In this document: piece after piece, positions 29,088 to 38,345 of the stretch | Position numbering within the stretch: the stretch's first letter is position 1 | How the letters are laid out: each line of letters opens with the position of its first letter | DNA from: Planctomycetota bacterium | GTDB lineage: Bacteria > Planctomycetota > PLA2 > JAEUHO01 | Assembly (NCBI GenBank): GCA_964228555.1 | Contig: CAXQZU010000022.1 | Coordinates: 15,695 to 79,694 of the forward strand | Length of the DNA: 64,000 nt | Direction of reading: 5' to 3' | Translations under genes and position numbers: made by a program | The notes under the pieces: model-generated | Seen by the model: only the letters and a program-made list of their open reading frames with translations | Told to the model about the DNA's origin: nothing | Databases searched by the model: none

Positions 29088-30562
29088 CAGCGGAACTTCA
29101 CCGTGACGTCCACCATCGCGCCGGCGCAGCGGTCGCACAGGTAGGACACGGTCTGGCCCGTCTGGCTGGTCTTGCTGATGATGCCCTGTCCCTGGCAGGT
29201 GCGGCAGGGCGATGCATCGTCATCCTCGGCCACCTCGAAGAGCTGGCTGGTCTCGACGAACTGCGCCATGAGCCACGAGGCACGCGTCGGGGTGTCGGCC
29301 TTGACCCACCACTCGTCCTGCGTCGGCGGCTTGGGCAGCTGCATCGTGGGGGCAGCACCCCCACCACCCTGCTGGGGCCGGTTGCCCTGGCTGCCCGCGC
29401 TGGCCCGCGGCGGCTGGATGCGGGGCTTGCGCGCGATGAAGGTGCCCGATCCGTAGGAGGCCCGCGACCAGCCCGACTTGGCCACGCCCTGCCAGCGGGT
29501 GTCCCACCACAGGCGCACCTCGTCCACGGTCACGGCATCGATCTTGTTCATGCGCTCGGCCAGCGCCTCGAAGGCGGCATCCGGCAGCTCGCGCTTGGCC
29601 CACGAGCGGGCGTCCGCGAGCGTGACGTCCTTGTCGCGCACCTCCGCCTCGATCAGGCGGCGCACGATCTTGCGCGCGAACTCGTAGCGCGCGATCTGCC
29701 GGAAGTGCTTGTCACGGCGCTTGGTGAACTCGCCCTTGAGCGTCTCCAGCGCCTTGAGCACGGCCTCGCTGGACCCGGGGTGCTTGGCCTCGAAGCCCTC
29801 GATGCCCGCGCGCACGTTCTTGAACAGGTTGCTGTTGAGCTTCACCTTGAGGTCGCGCAGCGTGGCCAGCGCGGCCTGGTCCTTCAGCAGGGCCTCCACG
29901 CGCGTGGCACGCTGCTCGGCCGACGCGCGGTTGAGGAACTCGGGGTCGGCCGACGCGCGCCGGAAGGAGTCCAGCGCCAGCTGCAGCGCGCCCGCCCACT
30001 CGGCGAACTCCGCCACGCGGAAGGCCGTGCGGCCGTCCGTGCTGTCGAGGCCCTGCGGCGGGTCCTGCTGCGCCAGCTCGGCCGCCAGCTGGTCCACCAG
30101 CTGCTGCGAGGTCCACACCTCGCGCGGGTCGAGGTTCTCCTCGCTGCGGTCCACGACCTGCGACAGGGGCACGGGGAGCACCTCGCCGTTGCGTCGCAGG
30201 TAGATGGTCGTGGCGTCCTCGCGCTCGATGACGCCGTACATCTCCTGCTCGTCCTCGCCCACGCGCGTCACGAGCCGGTGGCCCTTGGCGGTGGACACGG
30301 CCCGGCCCTTCCACTCCCACTCCTCCTGGATGCGGTCGCGGTCGTCGGGCTCCAGGGCGTCCCAGGCGAAGGTGCGCACGGTGCCGCGCTGGAGGTCCTC
30401 GACCACCAGCAGGCGCTCGTCGCTGCGCTCGCGCAACGGCCGGCACTTGACGTTCTCGCCCGTCCTGAGGCGCAGCACGTCAGCCGACGCCGACTGCGGC
30501 TCCAGCGCCAGCGGCAGCAAGGCCAGCGCCACCACGAGGGCACGCGTGAGGAAGGTCGTCAT
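29087..30562 (-). CDS. secreted hypothetical protein with a C-terminal CxxC...CxxC zinc-ribbon-like motif
   Basis: Signal peptide MTTFLTRALVVALALLPLALEPQSASA. Strong RBS GGAGG 8 nt upstream. C-terminus has CRTCQGQG...CDRCAG. Follows the last pseudopilin by 3 nt. Confidence 0.7.
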   Translation of the reverse strand: MTTFLTRALVVALALLPLALEPQSASADVLRLRTGENVKCRPLRERSDERLLVVEDLQRGTVRTFAWDALEPDDRDRIQEEWEWKGRAVSTAKGHRLVTRVGEDEQEMYGVIEREDATTIYLRRNGEVLPVPLSQVVDRSEENLDPREVWTSQQLVDQLAAELAQQDPPQGLDSTDGRTAFRVAEFAEWAGALQLALDSFRRASADPEFLNRASAEQRATRVEALLKDQAALATLRDLKVKLNSNLFKNVRAGIEGFEAKHPGSSEAVLKALETLKGEFTKRRDKHFRQIARYEFARKIVRRLIEAEVRDKDVTLADARSWAKRELPDAAFEALAERMNKIDAVTVDEVRLWWDTRWQGVAKSGWSRASYGSGTFIARKPRIQPPRASAGSQGNRPQQGGGGAAPTMQLPKPPTQDEWWVKADTPTRASWLMAQFVETSQLFEVAEDDDASPCRTCQGQGIISKTSQTGQTVSYLCDRCAGAMVDVTVKFR

Positions 30563-30565
30563 GGG

Positions 30566-31027
30566 TTACCTCCGGGTCCCGCCGCGCCCGGGCGCCGCAG
30601 CCGCGGGCGCGAGCGAGGCAGGATCGAACATGGAACGGAACAGGGCGATGGGCTTGAGCACGTGCTCGACACGGCCCTCGCGCCGGATGGCCGCCAGCGC
30701 GACCACGCCGGCGCCCGTCGGGTCGAAGGTGCTGGGTGACCAGTCCACGACCACATCGTAGCCCGTCAGCGAGAGCGGGTAGGTCTTGCGCCCGGTGGAC
30801 GGCAGGTCGCGCGGCAGGCCGCCGTAGCGGTCCACCTCCTGCTGCACGATCACGAGCACCTCGGGCCGCAGGCGCCGCAGCTCGGTGTCGAGCCGGCGTG
30901 CGGAGAGGTGCTGCGTGCCGATGGCGAACAGGGGCAGGATGGCGAGGCAGCCCACGAGCAGCATGGACAGCGCCACCATCACCTCGAGGAAGGAGAAGCC
31001 GTGCTGGGCGCGCGCGGGAAGGCTCAA
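30566..31027 (-). CDS. small prepilin-type pseudopilin (minor pilin)
   Basis: TTG start coupled to the upstream stop (TTGA), with GGGAGG upstream. Leader MSLPARAQHG precedes FSFLEVMVALSMLLVGC (class III signal peptide, G-F-x-x-x-E). The rest of the 759-aa ORF in the track is an out-of-frame overlap artefact. Confidence 0.72.
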   Translation of the reverse strand: MSLPARAQHGFSFLEVMVALSMLLVGCLAILPLFAIGTQHLSARRLDTELRRLRPEVLVIVQQEVDRYGGLPRDLPSTGRKTYPLSLTGYDVVVDWSPSTFDPTGAGVVALAAIRREGRVEHVLKPIALFRSMFDPASLAPAAAAPGRGGTRR

Positions 31028-32298
31028 CGGCCACCTCCCGCGCGGAAGGTGCGGTCGCGCCACGCGGGCAGCGCCACCACTGTCGTGGCCGCCTGGCCCA
31101 CCCACACGTCCGCGCCCACGTCGTGGGACTGCTTGCCGGTGCCCCGCTCGCCACGCTCGACGGTCACGGTCAGGCCCACGGGGTCGATGCGCGTGGCGTC
31201 GTACCGCATCCACTCGGTGCCCACCTTGAGGAAGCGGGGCCCGCTGGCCCGGCCCAGCAAGGGCTCCAAGGACTCCACGGGCAGCCGCGTGGCCTCGGCC
31301 GGCACCGTGTCCGACAGCCTCGTGTCGCCGCGCTTGTAGCCGCCCAGCACGGGCGGGATCAGCGTGGCCTCCAGCCGCGCGTACTGCGGGAAGAGGTCGT
31401 CGCTGGGGTCGCCCAGGCTGGCCGGGTCGCGGAACAGCGGCCACGACTTGTCCAGCGCGCGCGTGCTGTCCCACACGGGGCCCACGTACGGCACGTCCTC
31501 GCCACCGCCGCGGTCGGTGCCCGACTCCCAGTCGCGCACGCCGGCGCGGCGCCACGTGACGGCGAAGTGCAGCACGCCCTCGTGCTTCTTCTCGAAGCGC
31601 GCACGCACCTCTGCCAGCGTGTCGAAGCTGGCCGGCTCCAGCAGCGAGTCCGGCCCCCCCACGGGCGACTGGAAGCCGCGGAAGAGGGTCAGCACGCTGG
31701 GACGCGCTGCGTCCAGCGGCACGGCCAGCCAGCACACCGTCATCAGGCCGCCCGTGGCCTTGAAGACGGTGCCGGCGGTGGCCCGCTCGAGCTCGGGCTT
31801 CGTGTAGGGCTTGGCCGTCTCGCCGGCACGCACGGGATCGCCGGCCGTGCGCAGGCGCGGGTCGTTGGCCTCGTCGCCGGTGTGCACCACGAAGGCCACG
31901 TAGGGGCAGGGATAGCCCTTGAGGCCCGGGTCCGCCTGGTCGCGCAGCAGCACCGTGCCGGCCCGCAGGCGCACGCCGACCGGCGGCGGAGGCGCCGGCT
32001 TGGGCATGCCGGGCTCCAGCATCTCCTCGCTGGGGACGATGGGCGGGTCGAGGCTGTCGGGCAGCGCGATGCGCTGCAGGTCGGCCAGCACCTCGGGCAG
32101 CAGCGTGTCCTGGCGGTCGGCCAGCTCGCTGTCGCGTGCCCCCACGCTGAACATCTGGGCGCCCTGCCGCATCATGAACACGGCCGTGCCGCCCAGGATG
32201 CTGAAGATCGCCACCGAGATCAGCAGCTCCAGCAGCGTGAAGCCGCCGCTGGCCGGGCCGCGCGGGCGCGAGGGGCGCTGGGTGGCCGCCGCGCTCAT
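31024..32298 (-). CDS. prepilin-type pseudopilin (large minor pilin, GspK/PilX-size)
   Basis: Leader ...GPASGG precedes FTLLELLISVAIFSILGG (G/FTLLE prepilin motif). 424 aa. ATG overlaps the upstream stop (ATGA). Confidence 0.85.
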   Translation of the reverse strand: MSAAATQRPSRPRGPASGGFTLLELLISVAIFSILGGTAVFMMRQGAQMFSVGARDSELADRQDTLLPEVLADLQRIALPDSLDPPIVPSEEMLEPGMPKPAPPPPVGVRLRAGTVLLRDQADPGLKGYPCPYVAFVVHTGDEANDPRLRTAGDPVRAGETAKPYTKPELERATAGTVFKATGGLMTVCWLAVPLDAARPSVLTLFRGFQSPVGGPDSLLEPASFDTLAEVRARFEKKHEGVLHFAVTWRRAGVRDWESGTDRGGGEDVPYVGPVWDSTRALDKSWPLFRDPASLGDPSDDLFPQYARLEATLIPPVLGGYKRGDTRLSDTVPAEATRLPVESLEPLLGRASGPRFLKVGTEWMRYDATRIDPVGLTVTVERGERGTGKQSHDVGADVWVGQAATTVVALPAWRDRTFRAGGGR

Positions 32299-33506
32299 CG
32301 CGTCCCCCCTGCGGGCGCCTTGCCGGCGGAGGTGTCGCCCTCGGCCACGGGCGGCGCGCCCATGTCGGCGCGGACCATGCCGCTGCGGCCCAGCTCGAGC
32401 ACCAGCGGCAGGTCGCCTGGACGCGTGGCGTCCCGCACCTGCAGCACCACGTCCTGCGGGTGCTGCACGGCGTCCAGGCGCCCGTTGGCGTAGCGCACGC
32501 GCAGCGGCAGGCCCTTGCCCGACGGCGAGAGCACGGAGAACTGGTAGCCGTCGGGCAGCTGGATGCGGTCGTCACGCGTGCTGAACACGCCGCGGAACAC
32601 AAAGCTGTCCATCCGGCCCTGGTAGGGCTGCGTGGCCGAGCCGATGCGCAGGGCCACGGCGCCCTCGGGCGGCACGGCGATGCGGCGCGGGAGCGTGGAG
32701 GCCGGCGGCGGCGGCGGGGCGCCGCGCGCCACGCCGGGCCGGCGCACCGGGCGCTCGAGGCCATCCACCTCGAACAGCGGCGCGGTGCCGTCGAAGGCCA
32801 CCCGCACGTGCACCCAGCGACCGTGGCCGCGCACCGGCGTGCCATCGGTCTCGAAGGTCACCCAGCTGCCCTCGCCGCGGCCGTCGGCAGGCAGCAGGTT
32901 CAGGCGCAAGCGCAGGTCGTAGTCGGAGCCCGTCACGCCGCGGAACAGCGACACCTCGTACGCGCCGGCCCCATCGACCAGCACCATGATGGGCGCCGCG
33001 CCGGTCGGCACGATCCACGCCTCCAGGTCCAGGCCCTCGGTGGTGGCGAAGGCCGCCTGCGGCTGGAAGGCAAGCACGCCCCCGCGGGCGAAGAGCGCGC
33101 CGCCGCCCGTGCGCCCACCCTCGGGGTCCACCTTCACGTCGCCCTGCACCGCCATCGGCAGCAGGCCGCTGGCGCCGTCGATGCGCTCGAAGGCGTGGCT
33201 GAGCACCGTCTCGGCCACGTGCACCGTGGCCTCGTCGGTCTCGCGGCCGTTCTCGTCCTTGGCCCGCTGGAAGGAGAGGGTGGCCAGCCGCCCGCCCATG
33301 CTGCGCGACTGCGCCCGGCGCGCCGCATCGAGGAGCTGCGTGCGGGCCAGCGTCATGCCCGTGGCCCGCCCCGCGCCCTGGATCCAGCCCACGGAGAGGC
33401 CGGCCATGACGGCCACGATGCCCATGATCACGATCAGCTCGACGAAGCTGAAGCCTCGCGGGCTGCCCGTGCGCAGGCTGCCGGGGGTGGCAGGCTCGAT
33501 CACCAT
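32295..33506 (-). CDS. prepilin-type pseudopilin (large minor pilin)
   Basis: Leader MVIEPATPGSLRTGSPRG precedes FSFVELIVIMGIVAVMAGL. 403 aa. ATG overlaps the upstream stop (ATGGTGA). Confidence 0.85.
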   Translation of the reverse strand: MVIEPATPGSLRTGSPRGFSFVELIVIMGIVAVMAGLSVGWIQGAGRATGMTLARTQLLDAARRAQSRSMGGRLATLSFQRAKDENGRETDEATVHVAETVLSHAFERIDGASGLLPMAVQGDVKVDPEGGRTGGGALFARGGVLAFQPQAAFATTEGLDLEAWIVPTGAAPIMVLVDGAGAYEVSLFRGVTGSDYDLRLRLNLLPADGRGEGSWVTFETDGTPVRGHGRWVHVRVAFDGTAPLFEVDGLERPVRRPGVARGAPPPPPASTLPRRIAVPPEGAVALRIGSATQPYQGRMDSFVFRGVFSTRDDRIQLPDGYQFSVLSPSGKGLPLRVRYANGRLDAVQHPQDVVLQVRDATRPGDLPLVLELGRSGMVRADMGAPPVAEGDTSAGKAPAGGTR

Positions 33507-34153
33507 CCCTTGCGGTCGTCCTCGGTGTTGGGCATGCCGTCCTCGCCCATGCTGAAGACCTGGAAGCCGTTGGGGTTCACGAACCCGCCAGCCTCCTCCT
33601 TCCACGGCTTGGGCTGCACGGCACCCTGCGTGCGCGAGATGTAGGTGGGCGGGTCGCGGTCGGCCTGCACGTAGGCCGTGTTCACGAAGTAGATGAGCGG
33701 GTTGCCCCAGCCATCGACGATCTCGCGCAGCTCCACGCCGCGGCTCGTGGCCGCGGCGGCCAGCCGGTCGTCGTCGCTGTTGGCGAGGTCGCGCTCCTCG
33801 TTGAACTCGGCGTCGGTGCCCACCGAGGGCCAGTAGAGGGCCTGATAGAGCGCCTCGATGCCCTCGTTCTCGCCGTTGCTCGTGTGCTTGATGGGCGTCC
33901 CGACGCTGCCCGCCGCGAGGTGGATGTCCTTGAGCAGCACGGGCGGGTACATGCCGTGCTTGCCCTTCCACGCATCCGAGAGCGCCTTCACGCGACGCAG
34001 CACGTCGTCGGTCTGCACCTGCGGGCCGCGCTTGATCCAGATCTGGACCACGACCACGCCCAGGCCGGCCAGCACGGCGATGATGCCCATCACCACGAGG
34101 ATCTCGATGAACGAGAAGCCAGCCTGGCGTCGACGGGAGGCGAGCATGCGCAT
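33500..34153 (-). CDS. GspG/PilA-like major pseudopilin
   Basis: Leader MRMLASRRRQAG precedes FSFIEILVVMGIIAVLAGL. GspG-type C-terminal module (DGWGNPLIYF ... NPNGFQVFSMGEDGMPNTEDD). AGGAG 8 nt upstream of the ATG verified at 34153. Confidence 0.88.
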   Translation of the reverse strand: MRMLASRRRQAGFSFIEILVVMGIIAVLAGLGVVVVQIWIKRGPQVQTDDVLRRVKALSDAWKGKHGMYPPVLLKDIHLAAGSVGTPIKHTSNGENEGIEALYQALYWPSVGTDAEFNEERDLANSDDDRLAAAATSRGVELREIVDGWGNPLIYFVNTAYVQADRDPPTYISRTQGAVQPKPWKEEAGGFVNPNGFQVFSMGEDGMPNTEDDRKGW

Positions 34154-34191
34154 GCGGGGATCTCCTGGCGGGCGGCGGGAGCCGGCCCGGG

Positions 34192-37100
34192 CTACTTGCG
34201 GACGCGGACGACCCGGATGTCCTTGACCTTGACGTCGTACGGGAGGGCCGAGGGCGACCAGCCGCCGAGCCACAGCTCGGCCTTGCCGCTGACGCCCTTG
34301 AAGCCGCTCACCTTGTCGCTCACCACGGGCACCTGCTCGTCGTTGAGGTACACGGCCATCAGGCCCTCGCGAGCGTCCTCGCGCACGATGCGCACCTCGA
34401 CCCACTCGCCCGCCGGCCAGGCACGCTCGTTGCCGGCCTCGTCGCGCACGCGGGCCACGTTGCCCTCCTTCCACTGCGCGGAGAGGCCGGTGCCGATGCG
34501 GGCCGCCACCAGGCCCTTCTCGAAGCACAGCAGCACGCCCGGATGGCGCCCGCCGATGCCGCCGGCGCCCGCGCCCGAGGTGCTCGTCGCACCCTGCACG
34601 CCCACGCCGAAGAAGATGTTGTTGGCGCGCGAGCCGTCCTCTTGCGTGGTCGGGATGCGCAGCTTGAGGCGCACCTCCTCGAAGGTGCTCTTGTCGAAGA
34701 AGGCCTGGCAGTAGGCCGCGACGGTGGGATCGGCCATCGAGCCGTCCTTGTCCGCCTTGCCCTCGAAGACGAGCAGCCCGCCCTCGGGCTCGAGGCTCAC
34801 CTTCACGCTGCTGCGCTCGGCGGTCACCCACTCCTTGGTGAGCTGGCTCATGCCCTCGAAGGACACGACCTTCTCCTCCAGCGAGCGCCAGTGCTTGACG
34901 CGCGTGAGGGTCTTGTCGGCCCACGTGCGCCACGCAGCCCACGGCTGCACCGGCTGGCCCTCCTCGGCGGCCGGCACCTTGCCCAGCACCAGCACGAGGT
35001 CCTGCTGGCAGGCGTCGTAGTTCTCGTCGCCACCCAGCCGGTAGCTGGCGTAGGCGCGCATGCACAGGGCCGCCGGCTGCTCCAGCAGGTTGCGGTCGTC
35101 GTTGCGCTTGAGGATGCGATCGCAAGCCTCGCGCGCCAGCTCGAAGCGCTTGCGGGCCGAGAGGTGCTGGGCCTGCAGGAGCACCCACGCCTCGCGCAGC
35201 GTCGCTGCCACGGTCTTGGCGCTCACGCCGTCGGCACGGGCTGCGCGCGAGGCAAAGGCCACGGCCGCCTCGTGGTGCTCGGCCGACGGCAGGGCCAGGA
35301 TGGCGTCGAGCCGGGCGTTCTCGTCGCCCAGCGCGGAGCGGCTGCTGCCCGCCTCGCCCTGCGTGGCGCGACCCGCGGTCTCCAGGCCCCAGCGCAGGTG
35401 GTTGAGGGCCAGCCAGCCGTCCAGCTCGCTCGCGTCCGGCGCAAGGTCCAGCGAGCGCCGCAGGGCCCGGATGGCCGCCGCGGTGTTGCCCGCGCGCGTG
35501 GCCAGCACGCCGGCGAGGTGCTCGAGGTAGGACGTGCGCGCCGCCTCCTCGCGCGCGGCCGAGAGGAACTGTCCCGCCTGCCCCGGCTCGATGCCCAGCG
35601 GCGGCAGGGCCGCCGCGGCCACGGCGGCGGGATCGGCGGCCGGCGCCGCGGGGTCGGCCGGCGGCGGGGCCTTGAGCGCCATCGCGATCAGGGCGCGGCC
35701 CAGCGAGGGCGACACGGTCTCGTCGTCGCGGCGGCCCGGCGAGGCGCCCTGGCGCAGGGCCAGCTCGCAGGCCTCGAAGGCGCCCGCCGCAGCGCGCGTC
35801 TCGCCCAGGCGCCAGTGGGACAGGCCCAGGTTGTAGAGCGCCTGGGCACGCCACGCCCCGGCCGCCTCGGCCGAGGTGGCCGCCATCGCGTAGGCGCTCT
35901 TGGCGCCCGCGAGGTCGCCCAGGGCGTAGAGCACGCCACCCCGGGCGAGGAGAGCGCGCGGGTGGTCACCACGCTGCGAGAGCGCGGCGTCGGCAGCCTG
36001 GCGGGCCTGCGGCAGCTCCCCCACGCGCAGCGCTGCCTCGGCACGGCGCACCTGCGCATCGAACGAGGCCCCCGCGCGCCCGTAGGCGGCCAGGGCGTCG
36101 CGATCGCGGCCCAGGGCGGTGAGCGCATCACCCAGGCCCAGCGCCGCGCGCTCGTTGCCCTCCTCCAGGCCCTTGGCCTTGGTGAAGTAGGCCAGCGACT
36201 GGTCCGGCAGGCCCATGCCCACCAGGGCCGCATCGCCCAGACGGATCCACGGCTCGGCCCGGGTGGGCACGGCCTTGGCGTAGGCCGAGAGGGCCCGCAG
36301 CGCGGCCTGCTCGTCCTTGAGGGCGTTGTAGGCCTCGACGAGCGAGACCAGCACCTCGGCCTGCACCTCGGGCGGGTGGGCCTTCTCGGCCACGGCGCGT
36401 GCACGCTCCAGCAGCAGCACCGCGCGACGCCAGCCCTCGCGCTGCTCCTTGCCCGTGCGCCCCAGGGCCGCCATCTCGCGCGCGGCCTCCTGCAGGCCTC
36501 GCAAGTTCATCGTGGCCTCGACCGGCTCGATGCCCAGCACGCGACGCACGGCCTGCTCGTAGGTGTTCTCCACCGTGCGGCGCAGGTTCCACAAGCCGAA
36601 CTTGGCGGCCGGGTCCGTGTTGCGGTTGCCCTTGCTCTTCTTGGCCACGCTCGTGGGGTCCAGCCCCGCCTTGGTGGCCTGCTCGGCGGAGCCGATGAGG
36701 GCCCATTCCACCTGCATCTTGTCGATGCCCTCGCCACCCGCGAGGCGGCGCTCCAGCGCCCGGAAGGCGCTCTCGCCACGGCGCACGCCGTCGATGGCCA
36801 CGATGGCCACGAAGGTCTGCTTGCCCCCCACGTCCACCCAGTCATAGACGTCCTCGGGCGTGGGCACGTACTGCTCGAAGACGACCGGCGCCACCTGCAG
36901 CGGCACCGAGGCGTCGTTGGGGTCCAGCGCGGGCAGCGTGCCCCGCAGCAGGCGCCGCGCCGAGGGCGCGAGGCCCGGCACCGTGGGAGGCAGGGGCACC
37001 TCCAGCGCGATCTCCGGCGGCAGGTCGATCTCCACCGGGGGCAGCGGGCGCGTGTCGCTCACGCGCTCGTAGGGGTTGCGGCGGTCGCGGCCGCCCGACT

Positions 37101-37419
37101 CGAAGGAGGGCCGCGCCATCGGCGCGGGGGCCAGCGTGCGCTTGGCGGCGAAGCCGGCCAGCACGGTGTCCTCGCGCGGGCGCGGAGGCGGCCCGGAGAG
37201 ATCGGCCTTGTCGCGCAGCACCACGGCGGTGAACACCACCACGGCCGCCGCGTAGGCCAGCAGGGCCCGCTCCTTGCCCATGACGCGGTCCAGCGCCGCG
37301 GTGACGGCGAGGGCGCCCAGGCCCAGCAGCAGGAACACGAAGAAGGTGCCCAGGGCCGCGCCCACCAGCGGGGCGGGGGCCAGCACGGGCGCCAGGGTCA
37401 GCATGGTGTCGAGGCTCAC
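34192..37419 (-). CDS. large polytopic-anchored TPR-repeat protein of the pilus-like cluster
   Basis: GTG start overlapping the upstream stop (GTGA); alternative ATG at 37404. N-terminal TM helices (LGTFFVFLLLGLGALAVTAAL; AAVVVFTAVVL) then about 900 aa of TPR-like repeats (AYAKAVPTRAEPWIRLGDA, AYAMAATSAEAAGAWRAQALYNLG). Only 38 nt from the gspG-like gene, so no room for a promoter. Confidence 0.75.
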   Translation of the reverse strand: MSLDTMLTLAPVLAPAPLVGAALGTFFVFLLLGLGALAVTAALDRVMGKERALLAYAAAVVVFTAVVLRDKADLSGPPPRPREDTVLAGFAAKRTLAPAPMARPSFESGGRDRRNPYERVSDTRPLPPVEIDLPPEIALEVPLPPTVPGLAPSARRLLRGTLPALDPNDASVPLQVAPVVFEQYVPTPEDVYDWVDVGGKQTFVAIVAIDGVRRGESAFRALERRLAGGEGIDKMQVEWALIGSAEQATKAGLDPTSVAKKSKGNRNTDPAAKFGLWNLRRTVENTYEQAVRRVLGIEPVEATMNLRGLQEAAREMAALGRTGKEQREGWRRAVLLLERARAVAEKAHPPEVQAEVLVSLVEAYNALKDEQAALRALSAYAKAVPTRAEPWIRLGDAALVGMGLPDQSLAYFTKAKGLEEGNERAALGLGDALTALGRDRDALAAYGRAGASFDAQVRRAEAALRVGELPQARQAADAALSQRGDHPRALLARGGVLYALGDLAGAKSAYAMAATSAEAAGAWRAQALYNLGLSHWRLGETRAAAGAFEACELALRQGASPGRRDDETVSPSLGRALIAMALKAPPPADPAAPAADPAAVAAAALPPLGIEPGQAGQFLSAAREEAARTSYLEHLAGVLATRAGNTAAAIRALRRSLDLAPDASELDGWLALNHLRWGLETAGRATQGEAGSSRSALGDENARLDAILALPSAEHHEAAVAFASRAARADGVSAKTVAATLREAWVLLQAQHLSARKRFELAREACDRILKRNDDRNLLEQPAALCMRAYASYRLGGDENYDACQQDLVLVLGKVPAAEEGQPVQPWAAWRTWADKTLTRVKHWRSLEEKVVSFEGMSQLTKEWVTAERSSVKVSLEPEGGLLVFEGKADKDGSMADPTVAAYCQAFFDKSTFEEVRLKLRIPTTQEDGSRANNIFFGVGVQGATSTSGAGAGGIGGRHPGVLLCFEKGLVAARIGTGLSAQWKEGNVARVRDEAGNERAWPAGEWVEVRIVREDAREGLMAVYLNDEQVPVVSDKVSGFKGVSGKAELWLGGWSPSALPYDVKVKDIRVVRVRK

Positions 37420-38336
37420 GAACGGCCCTCCTGCGCGTCGAGATCGAGGCTCGCCTCCGGGCGCACGGCCACGCTCTCCAGGGTCAAGGTCACTTCCACG
37501 AGGCCGGTGGCGGCCTTGGCACGCGACGGCTGCTGCGCGACCAGCCCGGCGATGGGCGTGGGCTGGCGCGGGTCGGTCAGCAGGTCCAGCACCGCCTCCA
37601 CGCATGGCGCAGGCGCCGTCATCACGATCTTGACCGGCCACTCCTGCAGGAACGCATCCGGGCCCGTCGAGCGCGGGTTGTCGAAGGTGACGCTGTCGAT
37701 CGAGGTGGCACCGTTGCGGATGGCGACGTCTGCGATGCGCGCCACCAGCGCCAGGTTGGCCAGGCGACGCTCCAGGTCCTCGCGAGGCACGCTCGTCACG
37801 CTGGCGAAGCCCAGCAGCTCGGCCTCGAGGTCCATGTCGGCGCGGTTGGCGCGCGTGCGCAGCACGTTCCACACGTCCGAGAGCAGCGAGGAGAAGGCCA
37901 CGTTGGGGTTGCCCGTGCGGAACAGGGTCGTGCGGTCCACGGCCAGCCGCTCGGCATCCTTCAGGGCCTGCTCGGCCGCCTTGGCATCGCCCTCGAAGGC
38001 GGATGCGCCCACGCCACCGCGCGCGTAGGCCGCCACCAACGCCATGCGCACCCACGCCTGGATGCGGTCACCGCCGGCCGAGGCCGGGTCGAGCGCCGCG
38101 GCCATCGTGCGCACCGAGGCGTCGAACTGCTCGGCGTTGGCCCGCAGCGTGGTGCCCACGCCGTCGCGCGGCAGCACCAGCGTCTTGACCGAGGACTCGG
38201 CCGAGAGCGCCTGCGCCTCCGCCTCCTCGGGGCTGGGCGTGATCACGTGCACGGCGACCAGGCCCAGCAGGAGGATGCCCAGCCCGAACAGGACGGGGCG
38301 CCAGAAGGAACCGTAGCGTTGCCAGAGCTCGTCCAC
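37416..38336 (-). CDS. GspM/PilO-like bitopic inner-membrane component
   Basis: Short cytoplasmic N-terminus, one TM (FWRPVLFGLGILLLGLVAVHVI) and a periplasmic domain, sitting directly after the PilM/N-like gene. GTG start with GGAGG 7 nt upstream. Confidence 0.65.
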   Translation of the reverse strand: MDELWQRYGSFWRPVLFGLGILLLGLVAVHVITPSPEEAEAQALSAESSVKTLVLPRDGVGTTLRANAEQFDASVRTMAAALDPASAGGDRIQAWVRMALVAAYARGGVGASAFEGDAKAAEQALKDAERLAVDRTTLFRTGNPNVAFSSLLSDVWNVLRTRANRADMDLEAELLGFASVTSVPREDLERRLANLALVARIADVAIRNGATSIDSVTFDNPRSTGPDAFLQEWPVKIVMTAPAPCVEAVLDLLTDPRQPTPIAGLVAQQPSRAKAATGLVEVTLTLESVAVRPEASLDLDAQEGRS

Positions 38337-38345
38337 AGGGACCTC

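Noticed and set aside
30566-32845. 759-aa minus-strand ORF
   Set aside because: Only the C-terminal 153 codons (TTG-initiated small pseudopilin) are credible. Upstream it overlaps the 424-aa pseudopilin gene out of frame with nonsense composition.
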